From Chiloscyllium plagiosum (lineage: Eukaryota), in contig NC_057719.1 in NCBI RefSeq assembly GCF_004010195.1, forward strand, positions 82,631,060 to 82,695,059: a DNA stretch of 64,000 bases. Direction: 5' to 3'. The notes under the pieces were generated by a model that was not told the DNA's origin, ran no database searches, and saw only the letters and a program-made list of their open reading frames with translations. Made by a program: the position numbers and the translations under genes. Of the stretch, positions 1 to 11,289 are shown in pieces (the first letter of the stretch is position 1; each line of letters opens with the position of its first letter).

Positions 1-303
1 CACACAGATACACACAGACACACACACAATGCACACAGATACAGATACATACACAGACACACACAGATACACACACATATACACACACCCAGATACACAC
101 ACAGACACACACACATATACACACACACAGACACACACAATGCACACAGACACAGATACACACAGACGCACATAGACACAGATACATACACAGACACACA
201 CACAAACACACATGTACACACACACACATATATACACACACACGGATGCACACACAGACACAGATACACACACAGATACACACACACACACACACACCAC
301 ACA
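1..303. repeat. Compound (CA)n/(CAGA)/(CAGATA) microsatellite
   Basis: Low-complexity CA-rich run directly visible. Confidence 0.95.
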
Positions 304-502
304 CAACCTGGGCTGGGAGACAGCACAGTGTCAGTATTCATGAAGACTGGTCAGTCCCTGTGTATCACTGTGGGGCTGAAGACATCAACTTGGGCTTTGT
401 TAAGCACCGGCGGTGTATTGCACCTCAGTTGAAAAGGACTGTTAATGTGCCGCATGGTTTGGGGAGCACGCTGAGATGTGTGCAAAGCGTGCAGTGGTCA
501 AC

Positions 503-582
503 ACAGGTTGCTGGAGAGATGCTGCCTGAACTGCTGTGCTTTTCCAGCACCACTCTAATCCAGAGACAGGTTGCTGGAGAGA
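503..582 (+). mobile_element. Very short Penelope-terminus fragment between 17-bp direct repeats
   Basis: GATGCTGCCTGAACTGCTGTGCTTTTCCAGCACCACTCT closely matches 28160-28198; ACAGGTTGCTGGAGAGA at 503-519 and 566-582. Confidence 0.7.
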
Positions 583-774
583 ATTTGCAAAAAGATCCCT
601 GAGAGGTGCATTTTCTCTCTCTCTGAGCCTCCATGTGTTTGTCAGAGAGAGAGAGAGGGAGGGAGCACATTGTCTGTACCTGTGCTGTTTCAGCCATGGC
701 GTCCCCAGCTCATCTCTGCTGGCTGTACCCCAGCTGGACATTGTATGGTTACTTCACTCCCATCTGGATTCTTC

Positions 775-912
775 ATAGAGTAATAAAGATGGACAGCACG
801 GAAACACACCGTTCGGTCCATCTCATCGATTCCGACCAGTTATTCTAAATTAATCTAGTCCCATTTGCCAGAACTTGGCCCATATCCCTCTAAACCCTTC
901 CTAATCATATTC
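775..912 (-). mobile_element. CR1 LINE 3' UTR fragment
   Basis: CTAGTCCCATTTGCCAG...CCCATATCCCTCTAAACCCTTCCTA matches the CR1 3' end repeated across the window (e.g. 7605-7745). Confidence 0.75.
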
Positions 913-915
913 CCG

Positions 916-3900
916 TGAGCATTCTAACCCTGTCTGGACTGGTCAGAGCTCACTCTGTCCCTGTCCAGAATGGTCAGTGTGCATTCTAGCCCTGTCCAGA
1001 ATGGTCAGTGTGCATTCTATCCCTGTCCAGAATGGTCAGTGTGCATTCTATCCCTATCCAGAATGGTCAGTGTGCATCCTAGCCCTGTCCGGAATGGCCA
1101 GTGTGCATCCTAGCTCTGTCCGGAATGGTCAGTGTGCACACCAGCCCTGTCTGAAATGGTCAGTGTGCATTCTGTCCCTATCCAGAATGGTCAGTGTGTA
1201 TTCTAGCCTTGTCCGAAATGGTCAGTGTGCTTCTGTCCCTATCCAGAATGGTCAGTGTGTATTCTAGCCTTGTCCGAAATGGTCAGTGTGCATTCTGTCC
1301 CTATCCAGAATGGTCAGTGTGCTTCTGTCCCTATCCAGAATGGTCAGTGTGTATTCTAGCCTTGTCCGAAATGGTCAGTGTGCATTCTGTCCCTATCCAG
1401 AATGGTCAGTGTGCATTCTGTCCCTATCCAGAATGGTCAGTGTGCATCCTATCCCTGTCCGGAATGGTCAGTGTGCATTCTAGCCCTATCCAGAATGGTC
1501 AGTGTGCATTCTAGCCCTATCCAGAGTGGTCAGTGTGTATTCTATCCCTATCCAGAATGGTCAGTGTGCATCCTAGCCCTGTCCAGAATGGTCAGTGTGC
1601 ATCCTAGCCCTGTCCAGAATGGTCAGTGTGCATTCTATCCCTATCCAGAATGGTCAGTATGCATTCTAGCCCTGTCCAGAATGGTCAGTGTGCATTGTAG
1701 CCCTGTTCGGAATGTCCAGTGTGCATCTTAGCCCTGTCCAGATTGGTCAGTGTGCATTCTAGCCCTGTTCGGAATGTCCAGTGTGCATCTTAGCCCTGTC
1801 CAGAATGGTCAGTGTGCATCCTAGCCCTGTCCAGAATGGTCAGTGTGCATTGTAGCCCTATCCAGAATGGTCAGTGTGCATTCCAGCCCTGTCCGGAATG
1901 GTCAGTGTGCATTCTAGCCCTGTTCGGAATGTCCAGTGTGCATCCTAGCCCTGTCCGGAATGGTCAGTGTGCATTCCAGCCCTGTCCAGAATGGTCAGTG
2001 TGCATTCTATCCTTATCCTGAATGGTCAGTGTGCATTCCAGCACTGTCCGAAATGGTCAGTGTGCATTCTGTCCCTATCGGAATGGTCAGTGTGTATTCT
2101 AGCCCTGTCTAAAATGGTCAGTTTGCATTCTATCCCTATCCAGAATGGTCAGTGTGCATTCTATTCCTGTCCATAATGGTCAGTGTGTATTCTAGCCTTG
2201 TCCAGAATAGCCAGAGTGCATTTTATCCCTATCCAGAATGGTCAGTGTGTGTTCTAGCCCTGTCCGGAATGGTCAGTGTGCATTCTATCCCTGTCTGGAA
2301 TGGTCAGTGTGCATTCTATCCCTGTCCAGAATGGTCTGTGGTCAGTGTGCATTCTATCCCTGTCCAGAATGGTCTGTGTGCATCCTAGCCCTATCCAGAA
2401 TGGTCTGTGTGCATCCTAGCCCTGTCCCAAATGGTCAGTGTGCATTCTATCCCTATCTAGAATGGTCAGTGTGCATTCTAGCCCTGTCCAGCGTGGTCAG
2501 TGTGCATTCTAGCCCTGTCCGGAATGGTCAGTGTGCATTCTAGCACTGTCCGGAATGGTCAGTGTGCATTCTAGCCCTGTCCAGCGGGGTCAGTGTGCAT
2601 TCTAGCCTTGTCCGGAATGGTCAGTGTGCATTCTAGCCCTGTCCGGAATGGTCAGTGTGCATTCTGTCCCTATCCATAATGGTCAGTGTGCATTCTAGCC
2701 CTGTCCGAAATGGTCAGTGTGCATTCTGCCCCTATCCAGAATGGTCAGTGTGTATTCTAGCCCTGTCCGGAATGGTCAGTTTGCATTCTAGCCCTGTCCA
2801 GAATGGTCAGTGTGTATTCTAGCCTTGTCCAGAATAGCCTGAGTGCATTCTATCCCTATCCATAATGGTCAGTGTGTATTCTAGCCCTGTCCAGAATGGT
2901 CAGTTTGCATTCTAGCCCTGTCCAGAATGGTCAGTGTGTATTCTAGCCTTGTCCAGAATAGCCTGAGTGCATTCTATCCCTATTCAGAATGGTCAGTTTG
3001 CATTCTAGCCCTGTCCAGAATGGTCAGCGTGCATTGTATCCCTATTCAAAATGGTCAGTGTGCATTCAAGCCCTGTCCGAAATGGTCAGTGTGCATTCTA
3101 TCCATGTCCGGAATGGTCAGCGTTCATTCTATCCCTATCCAGAATGGTCAGTGTGCATTCCAGCGTTGTCCGGAATGGTCAGTTTGCATTCTAGCCCTGT
3201 CCAGAATGGTCAGTGTGTATTCTAGCCTTGTCCAGAATAGCCTGAGTGCATTCTATCCCTATCCAGAATGGTCAGTGTGCATTCTAGCCCTGTTCAAAAT
3301 GGTCAGTGTGCATTCTAGCCCTGTCCAAAATGGTCAGTGTGCATTCTGTCCCTATCCAGAATGGTCAGTGTGCATTCTATACCTATCCTGAATGGTCAGT
3401 GTGCATTCTAGCAATGCCCTGAATGGTCAGTGTGCATTCCGGACCTGTCCAGAATGGTCAGTGTGCATTTCAGCCCTGTCCCGAATAGTCAGTGTGCATT
3501 CTATCCCTATCTAGAATGGTCAGTGTGCATTCCAGCCCTGTCCGGAATGCTCAGTGTGCATTCTATCCCTATCCTGAATGGTCAGTGTGCATTCCGGACC
3601 TGTCCAGAATGGTCAGTGTGCATTTCAGCCCTGTCCCGAATAGTCAGTGTGCATTCTATCCCTATCTAGAATGGTCAGTGTGCTATCCAGCCCTGTCCCG
3701 AATAGTCAGTGTGCATTCTATCCCTATCCTGAATGGTCAGTGTGCATTCCAGCCCTGTCCGGAATGGTCAGTGTGCAGTCCAGCCCTGTCCGGAATGGTC
3801 AGTGTGCATTCTAGCCTTGTCCAGAATGGTCAGTGTGCATTCTATCCCTGTCCGAAATGGTCAGTGCGCATTCTGTCCCTATCCAGAATGGTCAGTGCGT

Positions 3901-5300
3901 ATTCTAGCCCTGTCTAGAATGGTCAGTGTGCATTCTATCCCTATCCAGAATGGTCAGTGCGCATTCTGTCCCTATCCAGAATGGTCAGTGTGTATTCTAG
4001 CCCTGTCTAGAATGGTCAGTGTGCATTCTATCCCTGTCCAGAATGGTCAGTGCGCATTCTGTCCCTATCCAGAATGGTCAGTGCGTATTCTAGCCCTGTC
4101 TAGAATGGTCAGTGTGCATTCTATCCCTATCCAGAATGGTCAGTTTGCATTCTAGCCCTGTCCAGAATGGTCAGCGTGCATTGTATCCCTATTCAGAATG
4201 GCCAGTGTGCATTCAAGCCCTGTCCGAAATGGTCAGTGTGCATTCTAGCAATGTCCAGAATGGTCAGTGTGCAATCAAGCCTTGTCCGGAATGGTCAGTG
4301 TGCATTCTAGCCNNNNNNNNNNNNNNNNNNNNNNNNNNNNNNNNGGACCTGTCCAGAATGGTCAGTGTGCATTTCAGCCCTGTCCCGAATAGTCAGTGTG
4401 CATTCTATCCCTATCTAGAATGGTCAGTGTGCATTCTATACCTATCCTGAATGGTCAGTGTGCATTCTAGCAATGCCCAGAATGGTCAGTGTGCATTCCG
4501 GACCTGTCCAGAATGGTCAGTGTGCATTTCAGCCCTGTCCCGAATAGTCAGTGTGCATTCTATCCCTATCTAGAATGGTCAGTGTGCATTCCAGCCCTGT
4601 CCGGAATGGTCAGTGTGCATTCTATCCCTATCCTGAATGGTCAGTGTGCATTCCAGCCCTGTCCCGAATGGTCAGTGTGCATTCTAGCCTTGTCCAGAAT
4701 GGTCAGTGTGCATTCTATCCCTGTCCGAAATGGTCAGTGCGCATTCTGTCCCTATCCAGAATGGTCAGTGTGCATTCTATCCCTGTCCAGAATGGTCAGT
4801 GTGCATTGTATCCCTATTCAGAATGGTCAGTGTGCATTCAAGCCCTGTCCGAAATGGTCAGTGTGCATTCTAGCAATGTCCAGAATGGTCAGTGTGCAAT
4901 CAAGCCTTGTCCGGAATGGTCAGTGTGCATTCTAGCCCTGTCCGAAATGGTCAGTGTGCATTCCAGCCCTGTCTGGAATGGTCAGTGTGCATTCTAGCCC
5001 TATCCAGAATGGTCAGTGTGCATTCTAGCCATATTCAGAATAGTCAGTGTGCATTCTATCCCTATCTAGAATGGTCAGTGTGCATCCTTGCCCTGTCCGG
5101 AATGGTCAGTGTGCATTCTAGCAATGTCCCAAGTGGTCAGTGCACATTCTAGCAATGACCAGAATGGTCAGTGCCTAGCCTAGCAATGTCCAGAGTGGTC
5201 TGTGTGCATTCTAGCAATGTCCCAAGTGGTCAGTGCACAGTCTAGCAATGTCCGGACTGGTCAGTGCATATTCTAGCAATGTCCTGAGTGGTCAGTGCTC
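916..5300. repeat. 31-bp minisatellite, about 140 copies, consensus AGAATGGTCAGTGTGCATTCTAGCCCTGTCC
   Basis: Tandem units directly visible; degenerate at both edges; contains the N gap 4313-4344. Confidence 0.98.
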
Positions 5301-5934
5301 TTGCCATCCCATTTAAAATTTGCTGTCCATTGTGGGAACCTCTGCCTTCGATATAGCTGCCGCTGTTCCTTTGCAGCACCTATATGAATCTTGGTCATTT
5401 CAGATCTCTTGATCATTGGGTCTTGTCATTGGTGTTATTTCAGAGATAAACCTGATGAAACTGGTGTCTGGTTTCAACGGAGAGAGAGCTGCTGCAGAGG
5501 ATGAGAATGATCATGTTACTGATATATTTGAGGTGTCTCCAATGGAGGTCACTCTGGTTCATGAATCAAACAGGCGTATCAGGGCCCTGCTATTATCATC
5601 AAGACAGAGTGTGACTGTGAAATTTGTCACTGCTTTTTACTCCCTTGCTGAACTCAGGCAGGTCAATCTTGTACTCTCGTGTTTGTTTGGGGCAAGTTTT
5701 CATGGTGCATGGGAGACCCATATGAGAGAGAAGATTAAGAATGACATTCTCTGTGTCACAGTAAACACGTCCCTTCAGTAAATGCTAATCTGTTTCGTGA
5801 ATAAACATCTCCATTCCCTGCTCTTCCTCCTCACCCACTACCCCAGCAATGTATTGGTTGTGGAACTTGGATGGAGTTGACAAGTGATTCCCCTGGGTGC
5901 CTCATTGGTGCTGGGCTTGCACTTGTCTGCTGTC

Positions 5935-6285
5935 AGATAATGAGGGGTACAGATAAGGTGAATGGCCGGTGTCTTTTCCCTAGGGTTGAGGATTACAAGA
6001 TACGGGGACATACTTTTAAGGTGAGAGGAGAGAGACTTTGAAAAGATATGAGGGGCAATTTTTTTTTTACATAGAGGGTGGTTCGTATGTGGAATGAACT
6101 TCCCGAGGAAGTGGTGGTGCAGTCGTAACTTTTAAAAGGCATTTGGATAAGTGCATGAATAAGAAGTGTTTGGAAGGGTATGGGCCAAGTGTAGGCAAGT
6201 GGGACTGGTTTAGTTTGGGATTATGGTTAGCATGGACTGGTTGGACTGAAGGGTCTGTTTCCGTGCTGTATGACTCCGATAACTC
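5935..6285 (+). mobile_element. CR1 LINE 3' end (5'-truncated)
   Basis: RT C-terminal region (KVRGERF..., QRVVRMWNELP-like) plus 3' UTR ending GAAGGGTCTGTTTCCGTGCTGTATGACT. Confidence 0.85.
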
Positions 6286-6644
6286 TATAATCTTCACCGT
6301 ACAGTGACTGTCAGCGGTCTTGTTGGGTGTGGAGGTGCATGAGAACTCCTGGAGACATCCCAGGTTCAGGCAGGCCACTTTTAAGTGGAGTCAACCAGGT
6401 GTGGTTCAGTTCTTCCTTCCTCTTCCATTGGCATAAAGGCCAATTACAACATAACCGCTAACCTTCTGCAGAGTTCACCTACAACGGGGACCAGGAACCA
6501 ACGCAAATCCCAATGCGGACCAGGAACTCAACCAGTATCATGGATGAGGAAATCAATCTGGGATGAGTTGGATGTGGATTTGGAGTTGTAGATTCAAGGT
6601 CCACTCTAATATTTCAACGCAATTAAGGTTGATACTTAATTGTA

Positions 6645-6870
6645 GGAGAAAGTGAGGACTGCAGGTGCTGGAGATCAGAGCTGAAAATGTGTTGCTGGAA
6701 AAGCGCAGCAGGTCAGGCAGCATCCAAGGAACAGGAGAATCGACGTTTCGGGCATAAGCCTTTCTTCAGGAATGATTCCTGAAGAAGGGCTCATGCCCGA
6801 AACGTCGATTCTCCTGCTTCGTGGATGCTGCCTGCCCTGCTGCGCTTTTCCAGCAACACATTTTCAGCTC
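6645..6870. mobile_element. Palindromic Penelope-terminus element with hammerhead-like cores on both strands
   Basis: About 100-bp inverted arms centred at 6774; 15-bp direct repeat TGATACTTAATTGTA at 6630-6644 and 6871-6885. Confidence 0.85.
6779..6806 (+). ncRNA. Minimal hammerhead ribozyme core
   Basis: CTGAAGA-A-GGGC(TCAT)GCCC-GAAA-CGTC: CUGAnGA, stem II, GAAA and a GUC triplet. Confidence 0.65.
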
Positions 6871-6959
6871 TGATACTTAATTGTAACCTTAGGAAATTGC
6901 TGTCTGTACAACAAACAGTTGAATGAAGTTCCTGCTATTTATCTGTCTCAGTTTGTTGC

Positions 6960-7600
6960 AGTGGGTGATATCATTTCCGGTTCTGATTCTGAGAGGTTGA
7001 TAAATGGGGTCCAAGTCGATGTGTTGTTAATGGAGTACTGGTTTGAATGCCATGCCTCGAATTCCCATGTGCATCTTTGTTTGACCTGACCCAGAATGGA
7101 TGCATTGTCCCAGTCAAACAGGTGTCCTTCTTCGTCTGTGTGTATAGATACCAGCAATAGTTGGTCATGTCTTTTGGTGGCTAGTTGGTGCTCATGTATC
7201 CTGGTGGCCAATTTCCTGCGGTTTGTCCACTGCAATGTTTGTTGCAGTCCTTGCAGGGTATTTTGTGTATTACATTTGTTCTGCTGGTTCTGAGAACGAG
7301 GTCCTTTAAATTCATCAGTAGTTGTTTCAGTGTGGTGGTAGGTTTGTGGGCTACCATGATGCCTAGGGGCCAGAGTAGTCTGGTGGCCATCTCTAAAATG
7401 CCTTTCATGTATGGCAGGATGAGTAGAGTCTGCAGGCGTGTTGTGTCTTCCTGTTTAGGACTGTTGTGCAGGAATGGGTGGACTGCGCTTATCAGATAAC
7501 TGTTATTCCTGAATACATTGTATAAGTGTTTCTCCTCAGCTTCTCGTAGTTTCAGGGGTGCTGCAGTGTGTTGTGGCTTGTTTGAATGCTGGTCTGCAGT
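6960..7600 (-). mobile_element. Penelope-like element, RT C-terminus and GIY-YIG endonuclease (decayed)
   Basis: ORF pieces RTNVIHKIPCKDCNKH-SGQT and RKLATRIHEHQLATKRHD...HLFDWDNASILGQ, with frameshifts. Confidence 0.9.
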
Positions 7601-7604
7601 TATA

Positions 7605-10575
7605 GCGTCATAGAGATGTACAGCATGGAAACAGACCCTTCAGTCCAACCTGTCCATGCCGACCAGATATCCCAACCCAATCTAGTCCCACCTGCCAGCA
7701 CCCGGCCCATATCCCTCCAAACCCTTCCTATTCATATACCCATCCAAATGCCTCTTAAATGTTGCAATTGTACCAGCCTCCACCACNNNNNNNNNNNNNN
7801 NNNNNNNNNNNNNNNNNNNNNNNNNNNNNNNNNNNNNNNNNNNNNNNNNNNNNNNNNNNNNNNNNNNNNNNNNNNNNNNNNNNNNNNNNNNNNNNNNNNN
7901 NNNNNNNNNNNNNNNNNNNNNNNNNNNNNNNNNNNNNNNNNNNNNNNNNNNNNNNNNNNNNNNNNNNNNNNNNNNNNNNNNNNNNNNNNNNNNNNNNNNN
8001 NNNNNNNNNNNNNNNNNNNNNNNNNNNNNNNNNNNNNNNNNNNNNNNNNNNNNNNNNNNNNNNNNNNNNNNNNNNNNNNNNNNNNNNNNNNNNNNNNNNN
8101 NNNNNNNNNNNNNNNNNNNNNNNNNNNNNNNNNNNNNNNNNNNNNNNNNNNNNNNNNNNNNNNNNNNNNNNNNNNNNNNNNNNNNNNNNNNNNNNNNNNN
8201 NNNNNNNNNNNNNNNNNNNNNNNNNNNNNNNNNNNNNNNNNNNNNNNNNNNNNNNNNNNNNNTCATCTGCAAACTTACTAACTGTACCTCTAATGCTCGC
8301 ATCCAAATCATTTATGTAAATGACAAAAAGTAGAGGGCCCAGCACCGATCCTTGTGGCACTCCACTGGTCACAAGCATCCAGTCTGAAAAATAACCGTCT
8401 ACCACCACCCTCTGTCTTCTACCTTTGAGCCAGTTCTGTATCCAAATGGCTAGTTTCCTGTATTCCATGAGATCTAACCTTGCTAATCAATCTCCCATGG
8501 GGAACCTTGTCGAACGCCTTACTGAAGTACATATAAGTCACATCTACTGCTCTGCCTTCATCAACCTTCTTTGTTATTCTTCAAAAAACTCAATCAAGTT
8601 TGTGAGACATGATTTCAGACACACAAAGCCATGTTGACTATCCCTAATCAGTCCTTACCTTTCCAAAAACATGTACATCCTGTCCCTCAGGATTCCCTCC
8701 AACAACTTGCCCACTACTGAGGTCAGGCTCACCGGTCTATAGTTCCCTGGCTTGTCTTTACCACTCTTTTTAAACAATGGCACCACGTTTGCCAACCTCC
8801 AGTCTTCTGGCACCTCACCTGTGACTATCGATGATACAAATATCTCAGCAAGAGGCTCAGCAATCACTTCTCTAGCTTCCCACAGAGTCTCGGGTACACC
8901 TGATCAGGTCCTGGGGATTTATCCACCTTTAACCGTTTCAAGACATGTAGCACTTCCTCCTCTGTAATCCAGACATTTTGCAAGATGTCACCATCTATTT
9001 CGCTACTATCTATATCCTCCATATCCTTTTCCACAGTAAATACTGATGCAAAATATTCATTTAGTATCTCCCCCATTTTCTGTGGATCCAGACAAAGGCT
9101 GCCTTGCTGATCTTTGAGGGCCCCTATTCTCTCCCTAGTTACCTTTTTGTCCTTAATATATTTGTAAAAACCCTTTGGATTCTCCTTAATTCTATTTGCC
9201 AACGCTATCTCATGTCCCCTTTTTGCCCTCCTGATTTCCCTCTTAAGTATACTCCTACTTCCTTTATACTCTTCTAAGGAATCACTTGACCTATCCTGTC
9301 TATACCTTACATATGCTTCCTTCTTTTTCTTAACCAAACCCTTAATTTCTTTAGTCATCCATCATTCTCTGTACGTACCAGCCTTCCCTTTCACCCTGAC
9401 AGGAATATAATTTCTCTGGATTCTTGTTATCTTATTTCTGAAGGCTTCCCATTTTCTAGCCGTCCCTTTACCTGTGAACATCTGCCTCCAATCAGCTTTC
9501 GAAAGTTCTTGCCTAATACCGTCAAAATTGGCCTTTCTCCAATTTAGAACTTCAACTTTTATATCTGGTCTATCCTTTTCTATCACGATTTTAAAACAAA
9601 TAGAATCATGGTCGCTGGCCCCAAAGTGCTCCCCCACTGACACCTCAGTCATCTACCCTGCCTTATTTCCCAAGAGTAGGTCAAGTCTTGCACCTTCTCT
9701 AGTAGGTACATCCACATACTGAATCAGAAAATTGTCTTGTACACACTTAAGAAATTCCCCTCCATCTAAACCCTGAACACTAATGGCAGTCCCAGTCTAT
9801 GTTTGGAAAGTTAAAATNNNNNNNNNNNNNNNNNNNNNNNNNNNNNNNNNNNNNNNNNNNNNNNNNNNNNNNNNNNNNNNNNNNNNNNNNNNNNNNNNNN
9901 NNNNNNNNNNNNNNNNNNNNNNNNNNNNNNNNNNNNNNNNNNNNNNNNNNNNNNNNNNNNNNNNNNNNNNNNNNNNNNNNNNNNNNNNNNNNNNNNNNNN
10001 NNNNNNNNNNNNNNNNNNNNNNNNNNNNNNNNNNNNNNNNNNNNNNNNNNNNNNNNNNNNNNNNNNNNNNNNNNNNNNNNNNNNNNNNNNNNNNNNNNNN
10101 NNNNNNNNNNNNNNNNNGTACAGGTCACTTCTACCCCAAAAGAGATTCCAATGATCCAAAAATGTGAATCCTTCTCCCATACACCCGCTCCTCAGCCATG
10201 TATTCATCTGCTCTATCCTCCTATTCCTGCCCTCACTAGCTCGTAGCACTGGGAGTAATCCGGATATTACTACCCTTGAGGACCTCCTTTTTAAATTTCT
10301 GCCTAACTCTCTGTAATCTCCCTTCAGAATCTCAACCTTTTCCCTTCCAATATCGTTGGTTCCAATGTGGACAATGATCTCCTGCTGGCCCCTCTCCCCC
10401 ATGAGAACATTCTGCACCCTCTCTGAGACATCCTTGATCCTGGCACCAGGGAAACAACATACCATTCTGCTTTTTCGCTGCTGGCCACAGAAATGTCTGT
10501 CTGTACCTCGGACTGCAGAAACCCCTAACACAATTGATCTCTTGGAAGCCGACGTACCCCTTGTTGCATTAGAGC
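7605..10575 (-). mobile_element. Long CR1 LINE: ORF1 SGNH esterase, ORF2 endonuclease and RT, 3' UTR; decayed, with two gaps
   Basis: IVHIGTNDIGR (ORF1 esterase), HFGASDHDSI (endonuclease), [56 protein letters not shown] (RT). Confidence 0.95.
7787..8262. other. Assembly gap (others at 4313-4344, 9818-10117, 27250-27900)
   Basis: N runs, all inside young repeats. Confidence 1.
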
Positions 10576-10576
10576 C

Positions 10577-10655
10577 TCTGTGTTGGTTTTCCGTTCTACC
10601 ATGATGTGCACAAATGGGAGTCGGTTATTGTTCTCTTCCTCTTTGCTGAACCTTG
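10577..10655 (-). mobile_element. Upstream continuation of the Penelope RT split by the CR1 insertion
   Basis: Minus strand reads FSKEEENNNRLPFVHIMVERKTNTE, which joins LQTS at about 7599. Confidence 0.75.
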
Positions 10656-10802
10656 GCAGCTAGATTATCAACCACTAGTTCAGAAGGAAAGAGGTCATTC
10701 AGCCCATTGTGTCCGAGCTAGTCACCAAGCCCATTTTTTACTTAATCCCACCTCTCAGCATTTGGTCCACAGCCTTGTATATTGTGGTCCATCAAGTCCG
10801 TT

Positions 10803-11080
10803 AGAGTGGCACGGTGCCTCGGTGGTTAGCATTGCTGCCTGACAGGGACCTGGGTTCGATTCCAGCCTCAGGCAACTCTCTGTGTGGAGTTTGCACATTT
10901 TCCCTGTGACTGCGTGGGTTTCCTCCAAAGTTCTCCGGTTTCCTTCCACAGTCCCGAGAATGTGCCGGTTGGGTGGATTGACCGTGGGAAATGCAGGATT
11001 ACGGGGATGGGGTGGGAAGCCTTTCGGAGGGTGGGGGTGGATTTGATGGGCCGAATGACCTGTTTCCATGCTGTAGGGAT
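10803..11080 (+). mobile_element. HE1/V-SINE-like tRNA-derived SINE
   Basis: tRNA head with GGTTCGATTCC B box, V-domain TGTGTGGAGTTTGCACATT, CR1-like tail. Confidence 0.85.
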
Positions 11081-11289
11081 TTTCAGTGTGATGATCGTCA
11101 CCTTGCTGTAGGCTCCAATATGGGCAGAACAATGCCATATCAAATACCTAGCACTGCTCATTCACAGGAACCGTCACCTCCAATGTTGGCTTCGATGCCA
11201 CCAAAACGCAACGTTTGATATTGGAAACTCCAGATTCCTGCAGCACTCCTAAATCCTCCTTGTTGCAGTCAGATGTACTCGCAGTTTGT

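Noticed and set aside
916..5300. CRISPR-like array or repeat-protein ORFs in the 31-bp repeat
   Set aside because: Units are contiguous with no unique spacers, no cas genes are present, and the ORFs are artefacts of a 31-bp period.
5416..5781. 121-aa ORF in unique sequence with a possible acceptor at 5443
   Set aside because: No recognisable homology, TTG start and weak donors; unresolved without RNA-seq or BLAST.
7586..8468. Long ORFs across N runs (also 9783-10531 and 27054-28118)
   Set aside because: Length comes from assembly gaps; the real parts are TE fragments.
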